A stretch of DNA of 64,000 bases from Octopus sinensis. Taxonomy: Eukaryota. Numbering within the stretch: the first letter of the stretch is position 1; each line of letters begins with the position of its first letter. Below, piece after piece: positions 40,134 through 52,974 of this stretch. The stretch spans positions 84,754,001 to 84,818,000 of the forward strand of contig NC_043000.1 in NCBI RefSeq assembly GCF_006345805.1. The letters are read 5' to 3'. The notes beneath the pieces were generated by a model. That model worked only from the letters and a program-made list of their open reading frames with translations, searched no databases and was not told where the DNA came from. The position numbers were made by a program, and so were the translations under genes.

Positions 40134-41743
40134 CAATGGCAGATCTACCATAAAACTAATGAAGCTTAAGCTTCAGGGCCTCTAATCCCGGAGGGACTCC
40201 CTCTGAAGCAACTTACTTTTTTCATTCTGTTACCAGTCTCAGTAGATGTCACATCATACTCCTACGCAGAGTCTTGACACGCAGTGTATAGCCACGATTT
40301 GTTCACATTTGTTTCTGCCGGTGTGGAGTAGCATAAAAAATAAAAGTACAAACGACTCGTAGATAATTCGCTTTACTTGAATTACTTTGGAGACTTCAGC
40401 CCTGCTCCTCCCATTATCAAATATGTCTACTACTACATCAGCACTGTCGAGATAAGAATTCTTATTTTCACACCATTATTCAATGACCAATTAAAGACTC
40501 AGAAGAGATGCCTGAATGTAAGCGAGATGCAAAGAATTTATACCACAAGTTACTAAATTTGGAATATGCTGTTTTAACAGGCGTTCGGGAAGAAGTTATG
40601 GAGCGTTTTAACAAAACAAGTAAAAAAATCCAAACCCCTGATTCTGATATATTTGAAGGTTACCTTTTGCTAGCATCTTTGCTTTCATTTGTTAAAGAAC
40701 TACGAGAAAATTCAACCAACAGGATTGCACACTATGAATCAGTAACAAAAGGTTTTATGTGAATATATCATCTCAAATTATTCTGATGTTTCCAAACGCA
40801 TCGTTATAAAGAAATTTGCAGATGGAACAAGTGATAGGACTTCTTTGAAAGGGGATGAAAAATTTACGAAATAAGTTCTAAATCAAGTTCAATGACTAAT
40901 TGATAATTAAGTTAAGCAAGAGGATGGACCCATATGAGCAGATTGCGAAAGGTTCAGGTTTCTCTCAGAATTGATGAACAATTCAGAATTTGATATGAAC
41001 AGTATCAAACTTATAATATCGCGTTACAAAGACGATATTGACCACAAATTAATAAATGAGTGTTATCAGTTCAAAGAGTATTTACACCTTAGGAAATCTC
41101 GAAACACAGAAGAAAACACACTATCTAAAATGCAATGCACAGAAGTTCTTCAGCTTATTTATGTGCAACAATTAATTGAAGTGTCCCCTAATGTTACCAC
41201 TGCGTATAAGCTGTACTTGATAATGTACGAGCTGTGAAGTAGAAAGTGGTTCCTCAAAGCTTTCCTTTGTTAAGAATAAGTTTCAGTCTTAAATTCCTTA
41301 TGCATATTGTCTCTAGAAAATGACATTGTAAGGAAGCTGTCATATGACAAAACTGTTGCTACAAAAAACAGAAAACAAGAGTATTTTGTAATTTTCATAC
41401 GTATCTTAATGTTGCATCAACGCTTCCCTAATTTTCAATCCCCATAACTCTAAAAGTATAAGGCATAGCCTCGAAAATATTTGTAGTGATCTGCCATGGA
41501 ACAACCACATCGACAAAGATATTGGTGATTACCCACACCTCGTTTCTGCTGGAAACAGGGCTCACTTTCAGACTCATTTTTAAGGACTCCACATCACAAC
41601 TCCACCATTTAAGTTACCAGGGCCTCAAGCTTGAGTTCCTAGCAAGAGCATGAAAATTCTTTGGTCCTTGTTGGATGTTACCCTACTGTTACTTGTTGTT
41701 AAAGATGCCCCTTCAGGGCCGCAATATTGTAGATCCGCCACTG
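40134..41743 (+). mobile_element. hAT-superfamily DNA transposon, internally deleted, decayed transposase
   Basis: TIRs CAATGGCAGATCTAC / revcomp CAGTGGCGGATCTAC; perfect 8-bp TSD CCACACAG (40126-33, 41744-51). Remnants ERFNKTSKKIQ..LLASLLSFVKELR and LIEVSPNVTTAYKLYL..SCEVES..SKLSFVKNK..ILSLEND (hAT dimerisation-like region). Confidence 0.92.
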
Positions 41744-41811
41744 CCACACAGCAGCGCCTATAAGTTAATATAGTGAATTAAAGTATGCACGTTTTGTTCA
41801 ATAAATAACAA

Positions 41812-41873
<62 letters not shown>

Positions 41874-42970
41874 CACCTGTGCATTCGACGGTTAAGGGAT
41901 GTAGCGTAAAGGATGTGGGGTTTGAAGCCCACAAAAGGGCGCTTATCAGAATGGAGATGTTACGACAATAGACAGTATTAAAGAACTGCAATTCGATTAT
42001 TGATCCCAAATAGATGGGCTATTTTAAACCGGAAAATGAGTTGTTATTTACGATGCAAACAAGAGGCGGGAGCTCCATGGTGTAGAAGACCACCGATGCC
42101 AAAATACAGGTAGGTGTTGCCAAAGGAAGTAATGTGAAGGATAACGGGATGGAGCAAATTGATTTTGCTTCGTCAAACGTTAAATAAATATTCCTGAAAA
42201 CGATTGACCAATCAGTGGGATGAAACAAATGATGGTATTCTAACCGTCACTTTTTCGATTTTCCTTTTTGTTTTGTTTTTCTTTTTTGCAAAACCACAGG
42301 AAAATGTCATTCAACGTATCCTTTATACATATATTCTTCTTCTTTATGCCTTTAACCCTCCAACGCGGAGTATAGGCCACTTATAGTTGAATTCCATGTA
42401 ACATAATTTTTGGTTTCTGTACCTATACTCTGCCATGAATGTCCCCTTTTCTCTAGTTCCTTTTGTGTTGATCTCCGCCACGATTCTTAGGCCTACATCT
42501 CCTTCTATATATATAAATATTGCATGATTTGAGGGAAATTTTACTGTACGATCCCAATAAAAACAGATGATGGTGGTGCGTAGGCAATGAAGTTGGTAGC
42601 TGTGGGCAAGAGGATTTAAAAGGAAATGGGATGGTCTGTGATGGTAGACACTAGTTGTTGGTTGTGCTGGGTATTGTTGTAGGGAAAATTTACTGAAGAT
42701 CAAGAGACTGAAGAATTGCCGAACTGTTTAATTCTCCTGTGTTCTTTCCTCACGGCATTAATAATGACTTTGCGCTTTGTTCGCTGTTTATTATTACATT
42801 ATATATGTATATCTTTCGCTATCTAAAGATATAGATGTACATTTATACTATATGTGTCTGTGTGTGTGTGTATACATGTAATATATTTATATTACATTTA
42901 TGAAAGCTATAAAGATTATGCGTACGTTTATGTGTATGTATGTATCTATGTATGGATGTATGTAGGGTAT

Positions 42971-43033
<63 letters not shown>

Positions 43034-43671
43034 CAAATACATACATAAATATATGTATGTATGTATGTATGTATGCATGTATATGTATATAGATAAATAT
43101 AATATACATGTATGTATGAATATATGTCTATATGTACGTGTGTGTGTGAGTGTGTGTGTGTGTGTATGCGTGTGTGTGTGTATGTGTGTGTGTATGTGTG
43201 TGTACGCGCATGTGTGTATTCGACAAACAAAATTTATGTCAATATCTATGGGCGAGTGTATAGCTTTACTAACATTTCTAATTGAAAGTGTGTATTTGAT
43301 CTTTAGATATGTTTCTATCTTGAAATAAATAGATTTTCTCTTTTAGACGAACCGAACGTAAAAGTAGATTTCTAATTAGGTACATATTATGTTTCTCGGC
43401 AGGAGAGAAGAAGCCACGCTTGCAATATGTCACGTGTGAAGTTGTCGTAATGACGAGAAAGAGCTGGTTGAAATGTTTGCAATAAATAAATGTAATAATA
43501 ATCTGCAAAAATACATAACCGAATTCAGTTCGGTTTCTTCATTTTACATTCTCTCTTAAAATCCAGCCTAAATCTTTAACTGAGACCGATAAATTAAGAG
43601 CTGCTGCTGTTGTAGTCGTCATTATCCGTCTTGCTTGTGGTGCCGTTGCTGTTGTTGTTATTTCTGCTGCT

Positions 43672-43686
43672 GTAGTAGTAGTAGTA

Positions 43687-43719
<33 letters not shown>

Positions 43720-43960
43720 GGTGGTGGTGGTGGTGGTGGTGGTGGTGGTGGTGGTGGTGGCGGCGGCGTTGGTGGTGGTGGTGGTGGCGGCGGCGGCGGC
43801 AGCGTTGGTAGTGGCGGCGGCGGCGACTGCGGTGGTGGTAGTGGTGGCGGCGGCGATGGTGGTAGTGGTGGCGGCGGCGGCGGCGATGGTGGTAGTGGTG
43901 GCGGCGGCGGCGGCGGTGGTGGTAGTGGTGGCGGCGGCGGCGGTGGTGGTAGTGGTAGGA
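43672..43960 (+). repeat. Compound (GTA)n-(GGT)n-(GGC)n repeat with ~24-27-bp higher-order unit
   Basis: Direct reading. Confidence 0.92.
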
Positions 43961-44719
43961 GTAGGAATAGGAGTTGTAGTTGTTTTAGCTCTTCCGGGTC
44001 ACCACTGATATTGATGAACTATGATCAGAGGAACACCATTAGTGACCATCCCATCGCCAACATGATCTTATTTGTTTTCCGTGTTTTAGATGGTAAGTTT
44101 TGGTGTGGTTTTGGACGGTGGCTAGTCTGGAACTAGACAGCAGCAATTAGAACAGTAACAACAACAGCAATGTGTTCCTGAATCATTGGGTTGAGTATTT
44201 CACGGGCCTCTTGAACAGATATTCCCCGCGAGCTCGGAGTGCGGCTTTTAAGCTAGGTTCTGCGGAGGGTCAATTGGGCCTGCGACCCAAAACTGAGGAG
44301 AGCTAAGTAGCATGACTATGATAGGTCTATAATGACCATATGCTTCGGTGGTGTTTGAGCAGAGGTTAATTCTGTAATGCAATCATTCAATTGTTCCAAT
44401 CCCTATTTGAATTATAACTGTTGGTCAGTTTGTCCCGAAGTTCTTATCTCGACGTAAATTTAACCAAACGAATGCCATTTATCTCCCCCTTGATCTCTGA
44501 TGTTATCTGACAAACGCCAACCAAGATGACGTGAGTCAGCAAAACTTTACCTGCTAGAAATAGCAACCCAAATGCTGGATGTCCAAGAACCAGTGGAGGG
44601 CAGATTTTCAATCCCGGGATCATCCTGATTTCAAAATGATATTATTTGTCTGTGTAGAGTAAATGTAGACCGAGATACAGGGACAGAGAGAATTTCGCTT
44701 TTAATATCATAGACGTCTA

Positions 44720-44930
44720 CAAAGGCGGCGATCTGGTAGAACTTTTAGCACGGCAGGACAAATGTTTAGAGGCATTCGTCTGTCTTTACGTTCTGAGTTA
44801 AAATTCCACCAAGGTTAACTTTAACTTTCATCCTTTCGGTGTTGATAAAATAAGTACCAGCTGAATAATGGAGTCGATGTAATCGGTTTAATCCCTCCCG
44901 AAACTTGCTGGCCTTGTGCCAAAATTTGAA
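44720..44930 (+). mobile_element. SINE family B monomer (tail T2)
   Basis: AAGGCGGCGATCTGGTAGAAC..GTTCTGAGTTAAAATTCC..CTTGTGCCAAAATTTGAAA. Confidence 0.85.
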
Positions 44931-45875
44931 AGCTGTATCACACATGTCTATATCCCTATCTCATAATCTATAGATGTAACTATAGATTATCAAAGTGGCT
45001 GAGACAGCGATGATGTTTGAGTATTGGTCAAGAATAGGGCAGTTGACTAACTGAGCCAGAATGACAGAACCCGCGAAGGTTTTTGCGTATTGGTCAAGGA
45101 GAAAACAATGATTTAACAGAGTGGGACTAGTTGAGCCAGATAAACAGAGCCAGTACTGATTTCTGTGCGTTGGTCAAGGAAATTTTGAAGGTGGAATGAG
45201 TTGCTCTCAGCTTCCTACTCCGGCAGAAAATCACAAGACTCTGTTTTTGGATCCCTTAATCCCGGACCAATATACAGAATCACAGACGCACGCACACACG
45301 CACACACGCACACACTGGCACAGACGCGCGCGCAACATTGGCCCTGATCAAAGACAATACACGAGTGATGGGCTGCAAACTTTGTTATAGTATATTTCAA
45401 GATGTATCAATTATTATATATTAAGTATCGATCGTAGTCGGCTCAATAAACTTGATTCGTTATGCTATCAAAAGGAATCGATTAGTGACGATGAAATTCA
45501 GCATTACAAACTAAAAGGCAGTCAATTGTTTTCTCAGAACATGTAGACCCGAGCGGCATCTATGTTTACACTTTGATCATCTACCACCTGGATTAATATT
45601 GATTTCTAACATTGACACAATAAAAGAGTGTTCGGGTGAGGTGTAGAGCTGATAATAACTATAGCAGTACGTATTTCATTTTTATGGAGTCCCATAAGAA
45701 TGAAATTCCGATTCGGCGAGATTTTAAACTCAGAACGTAAAGTGAAGTAGATAAAGATAAGATAACAGTCTCTTTTATCATTTTACTTGTTTCAGTCACA
45801 AGACACAAAGGCCATGCTTGGGCATCGCCTTGAAGAGTTCAGCCGAAGACATCGATCTCAATATTTATTTTTGTA

Positions 45876-46110
45876 GGGCGGCGAGCTGGCAGAAACGTTA
45901 GCACGCCGAGCTAGATGCGTAGCCGTATTTCGTCTGCCGTTACGTTCTGAGTTCAAATTCCGCCGAGATCGACTTTGCCTTTCATCCTTTCAGGGTCGAT
46001 AAATTAAGTGCCAGTTACGCACTGGGGTCGATGTAATTGACTTGATCCGTTTGTCTGCCCTTGTTTGTTTCCTCTATGTTTAGCCCCGTGTGGGCAATAA
46101 AGAAATAAAT
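45876..46110 (+). mobile_element. SINE family B monomer ending in tail T1
   Basis: GGCGGCGAGCTGGCAGAAACGTTAGCACG...GTGGGCAATAAAGAAATA. Confidence 0.93.
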
Positions 46111-46295
46111 ATATCTTTTTTGCTTTGTGAGCCTAGTACTTAAGCTATTGGCTTCTTTTTGCCGAATCGCAAGGTTATGGGGATGTAAACAAAGAAACAC
46201 CGGTTGACAAACGATGGTGGGATACAAACAAAAAATACGCACACACATACCCGTGCATGCACATATATACATGCGCGCGCACACACATACATAAA

Positions 46296-46349
<54 letters not shown>

Positions 46350-46389
46350 CGTGTGTGTGTGTGCGCGAGTGCGTGTGGAACTCTTAATC

Positions 46390-46550
46390 CAGATACATTT
46401 TTTCTCTCCCTCTATTTTTCTTCTCATAGTTTTCTGTCGAAGAGCGTAAACTCGAAACGTTAAAGACTTTTCTATTTTTCCTGAGCGTCAAACTAATACA
46501 TCTGTTTGTTGCTCCCTCACTAATCTCTGTTTTTCCGTACATTTGAACAT
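46390..46550 (+). mobile_element. Hammerhead-bearing short repeat (copy 3 of 3)
   Basis: CTGTCGAA-GAGC GTAA ACTC-GAAACGTT-AAAGA at 46434-46466. Confidence 0.7.
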
Positions 46551-46554
46551 TATA

Positions 46555-46633
<79 letters not shown>

Positions 46634-46683
46634 ATGTGTGTGTGTGTATGTATGTATGTATGTATGCATATGTATATTCTATA

Positions 46684-46924
46684 ATTCTTTCACTTGTTTC
46701 ATTCGTTTGACTGCGGCCGTGATAGAGCGCCGCCTTTTTCAAGCGTGATATTTATTTCATCAATCTGTTTTGCTGAACCGCTAATTTACGGGAACGTAAA
46801 CACACCAACAACGGTGGTCAAGCAGTGATGGGGAAACAAGCACAGACACATACACATAGATGTATACGTGTGTGTGTGTGTGTGTGTGTGTGCGCGTGTG
46901 TGTATGTGTATGTGTATGTATGTA

Positions 46925-46956
<32 letters not shown>

Positions 46957-47118
46957 ACGGGTGTCTTTCAGTTTCCGTGCATCAAATCTACTGACAAGGC
47001 TTTCATTGACCCGCGGCTATAATAGAAGATACTTGCTTAAAATGCCGCAGAGTGGCACTGAACCCAAGGCAGCATAGTTGAAAAGCAAGCTTTTTCATCA
47101 GACAGTTATGCCTGCGTC
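46684..47118 (-). mobile_element. SINE family A (additional fragments at 45780-45870 and 46130-46240)
   Basis: TTTGACTGCGGCCGT..., TCTTTCAGTTTCCGT, GGCACTGAACCC. Confidence 0.8.
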
Positions 47119-47699
47119 AATACTCTACTATTTCGGCCACCTAAGAATCTGATTTCCTTTGATTGAAAATAACGTTCCCTGAGTCCAAATGAAAACTTAT
47201 GATTACACAGACATTATATTTGTGCAAGATAGTAAAGCTAAGTCCGTAAATCTGACTGGAGTTGCCAGAAATAAGTTGTAAGCTGGGATTTAGATCTCTG
47301 TCAGTTTGTAGCATCGGCCTCAATATTTAGATTTAAGCGAACGATGAACACTTTGGATGAGAATTATTGTTTTTTTGATGTATTTGAATAAGTGATGAAA
47401 ATACAAAAAGTATGGGATTAAGTCAACAAAAGAAAGTAGATAGATAGATAGATAGATAGATGGTTGGTAAGTGCATAGATAGGTATTTATGTACTTAAGT
47501 AGATATGTAGGTAGGTAGGTAGGTAGGTAGGTAGGTAGATAGATAGGTAGGTAAGAAAGTAGGTAGATAGATGTGTTTTTAGAATTATCTTCCTAGCCAG
47601 GGAATTTGCAGGCTATATAAGAATAAGAACAGAGTTTGGACAAAATGCAGTGGAAGCATATCTTTGATACTTGACAAGCCGTCAACTCTATTCTTCTTC

Positions 47700-47912
47700 C
47701 TAAATTCCATCATTACCACCGCCGCCACCGCTAACATTTTCACCATCATCGCCATCACCACCACACCACTAACAACAACTACATCATCATCATCACTTCC
47801 ACCTACCCCACCATGTTCTTTTTGTGTCACCTTTAACTGTGCTTTGTCCATCTACAACTAATATTCGCTTCTTCCGCCTTCCTAAAGAGAAACCAACGCC
47901 CAGCACCATCAC

Positions 47913-47966
<54 letters not shown>

Positions 47967-48300
47967 TACCACCACCATTATCAAAACCACCACCACATCA
48001 CCACCATCATCATCATCGTCATCGTCTCTGTCGTCGTCGTCTTCGTCGTCGTCACCAACCTCACAATCTATCATTATCAACACCAGCATCAACAACAACA
48101 ACACTATCCAACAATATGAAATATCAGAACGCTAGCAGCAATAGCAAGTATTGCTTGTTATTTGTTAAAATCGTGCTCCTCCACATCATCATCATAACTT
48201 TCATAATCGTCACCACCATTTTTCGACGACTGTGACTACCATCCACAGCCACCACCACCACCACCAACCACCACTACCCAACACCCCCGCATTGCCCCGG
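47700..48300 (+). repeat. Compound (CAT)n/(CAC)n/(CGT)n trinucleotide region; similar (CAA/CAG/GAC)n region at 49200-49620
   Basis: Direct reading. Confidence 0.9.
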
Positions 48301-48429
48301 TCTACACCTTATGTTGTTGTCTATTGTTGGTGAAGACCAAGAACTGTCGCAGTTGGTTTAACAATACAGACGAGGAGGAAGTGAACGAGATGCAGAGGAG
48401 GAGCAGTCGCAGGTGGAGGAGGAGGGGGA

Positions 48430-49130
48430 ACTTGAGAAACTTGTGGTGCTGGAGGAGGAGGAGGAGGATGAGGGGGAAGAGGAGGGGAAGGAAGAAGGGG
48501 AGGAAGAAGAGTAGGAAGAAGGGGAGGAAGAAGGGGAGGAAGAAGAGTAGGAAGAAGGGGAGGAAGATGAGGAGGAAGAAGGGGAGGAAGAAAGGGAGGA
48601 AGACGAGTAGGAAGAAGGGGAGGAAGAAGGGGAGGAAGAAGAGTAGGAAGAAGGGGAGGAAGAGGAGGAGGAAGAAGGGGAGGAAGTAGAGTAGGAAGAA
48701 GGGGAAGAAGAAGAGTAGGAAGAAGGGGAGGAAGAAGGGGAGGAAGGGGAGGAGGATGGAGGGGAGGAAAAGGAGGAAGAAGTGAAGGAAGAAGAAGAGA
48801 AGGAAGAGAAGAAGAAGAAGAAGGGGAGGAAGAAGGGGAGGAAGAGGAGGAGGAAGAAGAGTAAAAAGAAGGGAGGAAGAAGGGGAGGAAGAAGGGGAGG
48901 AAGAAGAGTAGGAAGAAGGGGAGGAAGAAGAGTAGGAAGAAGGGGAGGAAGAAGAGTAGGAAGAAGGGGAGGAAGAAGGGGAGGAAGGGGAGGAGGATGG
49001 AGGGGAGGAAAAGGAGGAAGAAGTGAAGGAAGAAGAAGAGAAGGAAGAAGAAGAGAAGGAAGAAGAAGAGAAGGAAGAAGAAGAAGAAGAGGAGGAAGGA
49101 GTGGGGGAAGAGGAAGAGCTAGAGGAGTTG
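48430..49130 (+). repeat. ~700-bp polypurine minisatellite of 12-bp units GGAAGAAGGGGA / GGAAGAAGAGTA
   Basis: Direct reading; one ~80-bp block is repeated at about 48730 and 48965. Confidence 0.93.
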
Positions 49131-50164
49131 AAGGAGGCAAACTGAACTGTAAAACGCCAATTCAATCAGTGACTACTGCACAATACTTATCCAGTGTCGT
49201 TAGCAACAGCGGCAATAGCAACGGCAACGACAATAGCATCGGCAACAATAACAACAGCAACTGCACCAACTACTCCATTGCCACCACTGCCAGCAACAAC
49301 AATAACAACAACAGCAACGACAATAGCAATAATTGACAATAGCAGCAAGACGAAGAGCCATAGCAACACACACACACACACACACACCAGCGACTGCGAC
49401 GACAGCAAGAAAGAGCTAGAACGACGACGACGACGACGACGACGACGATGACAATGACGACAGCAGTAGCATCAACAACAGCAAGAACGATAGCCATAGC
49501 AACACAAGTAACAACTGCAGCGACAACGACGACGACAACAGCCAGCAACAACAACACTAACAACTACGCCAGCGAAAACAGGAAGTAACACAGCAGCCGC
49601 AAAGCAAACCATTAAGAGGACAGAGATGCATAAAACGGATGTGATGTTGACGACAGTGGTTGCTATGACAACCATAGTGGATATGTTCAACAAGCCAAGC
49701 TTTCACATACGAACACCACTCTCTTTCCTACTCTTTCTCATTCTCTCTATCTCTTTCCTATTCTCTCTTCTTCTCCGTCTATTTATTTATCTATCTATCT
49801 ATCTATTTGTATTTGTTTCACAATCACTGACTCTCAATTATACAGCTAGCTTCTGTCATTACTCTTCCTCAAAATTCCCTTTAAAATGCTGGTGTGTGTG
49901 TGTGTGTGTGGTACGAAACTATCTATTTATGTATCTCTCTTTTTTCTTCTCTTCGCTAGCTTGCCATGTTTCTATCACTAACTCTCTTTCTCTTTCTCTT
50001 TCTCTCTTCCCCTCCTTATACCTCCTTCCTCGTGTGTGTACATACATATACACTTATGTTTATATACGAAACTTTCGACCGTTGAGTTACTTTATAGCCC
50101 CCTCTGATTAGAAACAATAAATAAAATTGAGCTCTATTTATTCTGCTTGTTCTACTAAACACCG

Positions 50165-50245
<81 letters not shown>

Positions 50246-50246
<1 letters not shown>

Positions 50247-52021
50247 TGTTTCTTTATTAGCCGCACAGGGCTGCACTCAGACAGAACAAATTACAAGGTA
50301 GAGCTTTTCTTTTGGGGGTAAAAAAGAGGGGGTTGGTTTTCGATCAAAAGGGATCGTAAAAGGAAAGAAAGAGGACAAAAAAAGGGGAGGATTTTAAAAA
50401 AAGGGGGGGGGAGAGGAAAAAAAGAAAAGGGGAGAGGAAAAAAAAAGTTGATCAATAGCGATCGTAATCACAGAAATGTCAATATGAAGTGTAAAGGGGA
50501 GGACAGGTGAGGTTTACCCGTGGAAAGAAAAGCCTACGGAAAAGACCACGGTAACCTCGGTCAATGAAGTCACATGTTATATTTCTTTTTTTCTTTTTTT
50601 TTTGCAAATAAGCAACTCTCTGTATTAATTTTTACGGTTCATAGAATCATAGTCAAGGTGGCTTCGCCATTCATACGTGCCATCCTTGCTACATTCACCC
50701 ATCTTTTTTTAAAACATTCACTAGACAAAACTTGCCTCTCTACTCTCACTTTCCTCTTCAAGTGATACTTGAAGAAGTTGATGAGAGATTGACCGGAGAG
50801 GAAAGTGTTTGTCTCTAATCCTTTCAGGCGCGTCCACCAGATACATTCTTTCGCCATAGCCACAAGTATGATAAAAATAGCTCTTCCTTCCCGTTTGAAG
50901 GAAGGAAGCGTGACGATATTAACGATAGACTCAGCTGATAAACCGACACGTCACCACACGTGACAGCAGTCGTTCGACATAAGCCCACAGGTCGGAAATT
51001 GCTGGACACTGCACGATTGCGTGCAGAGCGGTTTCGTCGCTTTGCCCGCATCTCGGGCAGGTCGGCTCCGTGTTTCTCGAGCCATGCCTATAGAGCTTAT
51101 CCCGAACAGGTAGCGCTTCTCGGTAGCACCGCCAGGCCAGGGATCTCTGGAAGTTGTCCATAGGTCCCGGGCCGAAAGTCGTTTGAAACAGGCAGGTCAG
51201 GTATTCCTCGTCGACGCCCAGGTTTGCCCCGAGATCGTCGTCGTACCTCCCCTTCACTAATCCCCTATAGAATGCTTTGGCTGTGTTGAAGTTACTCAAG
51301 GTCGACCCGGGACGGCAGAGTTGCTTGAGAGCAACGCGACACTCGCGGTGCCATCGCCCTTCCTCGGCCTCTTTTTGATCCACGACTGCAGTTCGGTCAT
51401 GGAGACGAGTTGCGGGAATGCGTGCCTCACAAACGGCGACCACACCTGTTCACCGTCGTCTACATAGAGCCGGAGATGTCGCAGTCTCAGCGCGTGTCTG
51501 CGCATCATCAACCACGGCATGCCCAGCCCTCCTTTTAACGGGTGTTGACAGCAAATGGATCGCCTGACCATCGGGATGCATCCTTTCCACAAGAAGCGGA
51601 AGAGAATGCGTTCTAGTTTGGTGATGGTAGGGTCGGGACAAGTTACGACGGTCAGGCGGTAGTAGATGATGGACGCGATGTACGTGTTCGCCACCTCCGC
51701 CCGACCTTTTAGGGACAGTTTCCTCTCGGCCCATTGCTGTGCGAGAGTGACCACCCTACTCGTTATCTCGTTCCAGTTCTTCTCCATTTGGAGGTCCGGA
51801 CCGAACCAGACCCCGAGCAACTCAACCGGACCGTCTGTCTAGCGTCCCACGACGGAGGTACTGGTGGACGGCATGGGCTTGCTTCTCCAGGTGCCGAGCC
51901 GCAAGCCCACTGACTTTTCCCGGTTGATTTTTGCTCCTGTCACTGCTTCGTAGTCTTTCAGTGTCTCGCCGACCCGCTCGATGTGCTCGTGGCTTGACAC
52001 TATGACGGTGACGTCGTCCGC
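50246..52021 (-). mobile_element. 5'-truncated L1/Tx1-type LINE (copy 1) ending in (TCTA)n
   Basis: YADDVTVIVSS, AKINREKS, LGVWFG, KLSLKGRAEVAN, P.KGGLG, CPRCGQSDETALHAIVQCP; stops and frameshifts; 3' AATAAAGAAAC abuts the (GATA)n array. Confidence 0.92.
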
Positions 52022-52108
52022 GTATGTATGTATGTATGCATACATATCGGCATGTATATACGTACATATATTATACATATACATACATATTACACATATA
52101 TATGTATA

Positions 52109-52974
52109 CTAGCTGACGTACCGGGTAATTCCAGGGAAAGTGAGGCTTATCCTTTGGTTCCGTTCTCATAATTGTTTCGCTAATCCAATAACAACAATAC
52201 AAAGTATGTAGCACATAAAACGGTTTTTATGCATTTACATAGTATACCAAACTGTTTTACACAGGATCATGTTTATTGAATTCTTACTAAGTTATGAATA
52301 CCCAAATTGTGAAGTCAGTTATATAATAACGTGAAATTAGTTACCCGATAGTAAGAATTCGAATAAAGTAGCCCCGGAAAGAGATTTAATGCGTTCCCAG
52401 AGAATATAGAAGTTAGGAGGAAATACTAAAGAGGTATGTATACTAAAAGCGTGAGGCTATTCAAATATGAGATAATAACAATTCAAAGTAAATTACTCTG
52501 GAAAGGGCTTTTGTGCGTTCCCAGAGAATATTACCCACAGCGGCGCTAGTGTTGGTATATTCGTGAATAAGTCACCAACCGAAATATGTGGGACTATTTT
52601 TTAGGAAAATACCATTTACTTGTTTAAGGGTTGTACTGGATAAATTGCGAAAATAACTCTAACAGTTCAAATACTAAGAATAGCATATTCAATTTGATTT
52701 ATACCAAATGATTTAGGAAAATGAATGGGTTATTTACCTTGGCTGTTTCATTTTAACATCCAAGGGATGTTAAAATGAAATATATTAGATATATATAAAG
52801 ATCCCTTCTATGGGCCCTATTATCGATTTTTTCAACCATCTGAGTATGCCATGAGGTTTCCAGACGTGATTTGTACTCGTGTGTCAAGTTTCATCAAAAT
52901 CGATAAAACGATGTAGGAGGAGTTAGCTAACAACTCCACAAACAGAATTTCCCACGTATGACATATGTAGTAGA
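52109..52974 (-). mobile_element. Non-autonomous Helitron (copy 2)
   Basis: Minus strand A|TC...imperfect CCTGG-AATTA-CCCGG hairpin..CTAG|T; termini homologous to 5373-6525. Confidence 0.8.

Noticed and set aside
45010-45180. Degenerate ~70-80-bp tandem repeat (TTGGTCAAG..TGAGCCAGA)
   Set aside because: Real but only about 2.3 diverged copies with no functional clue; ordinary for this genome.
48302-49336. Long 184-287-aa ORFs (Ser/Pro-, Leu/Phe- or Arg/Gly-rich)
   Set aside because: Open in several frames on both strands because the purine minisatellite lacks stop codons; no independent coding evidence.
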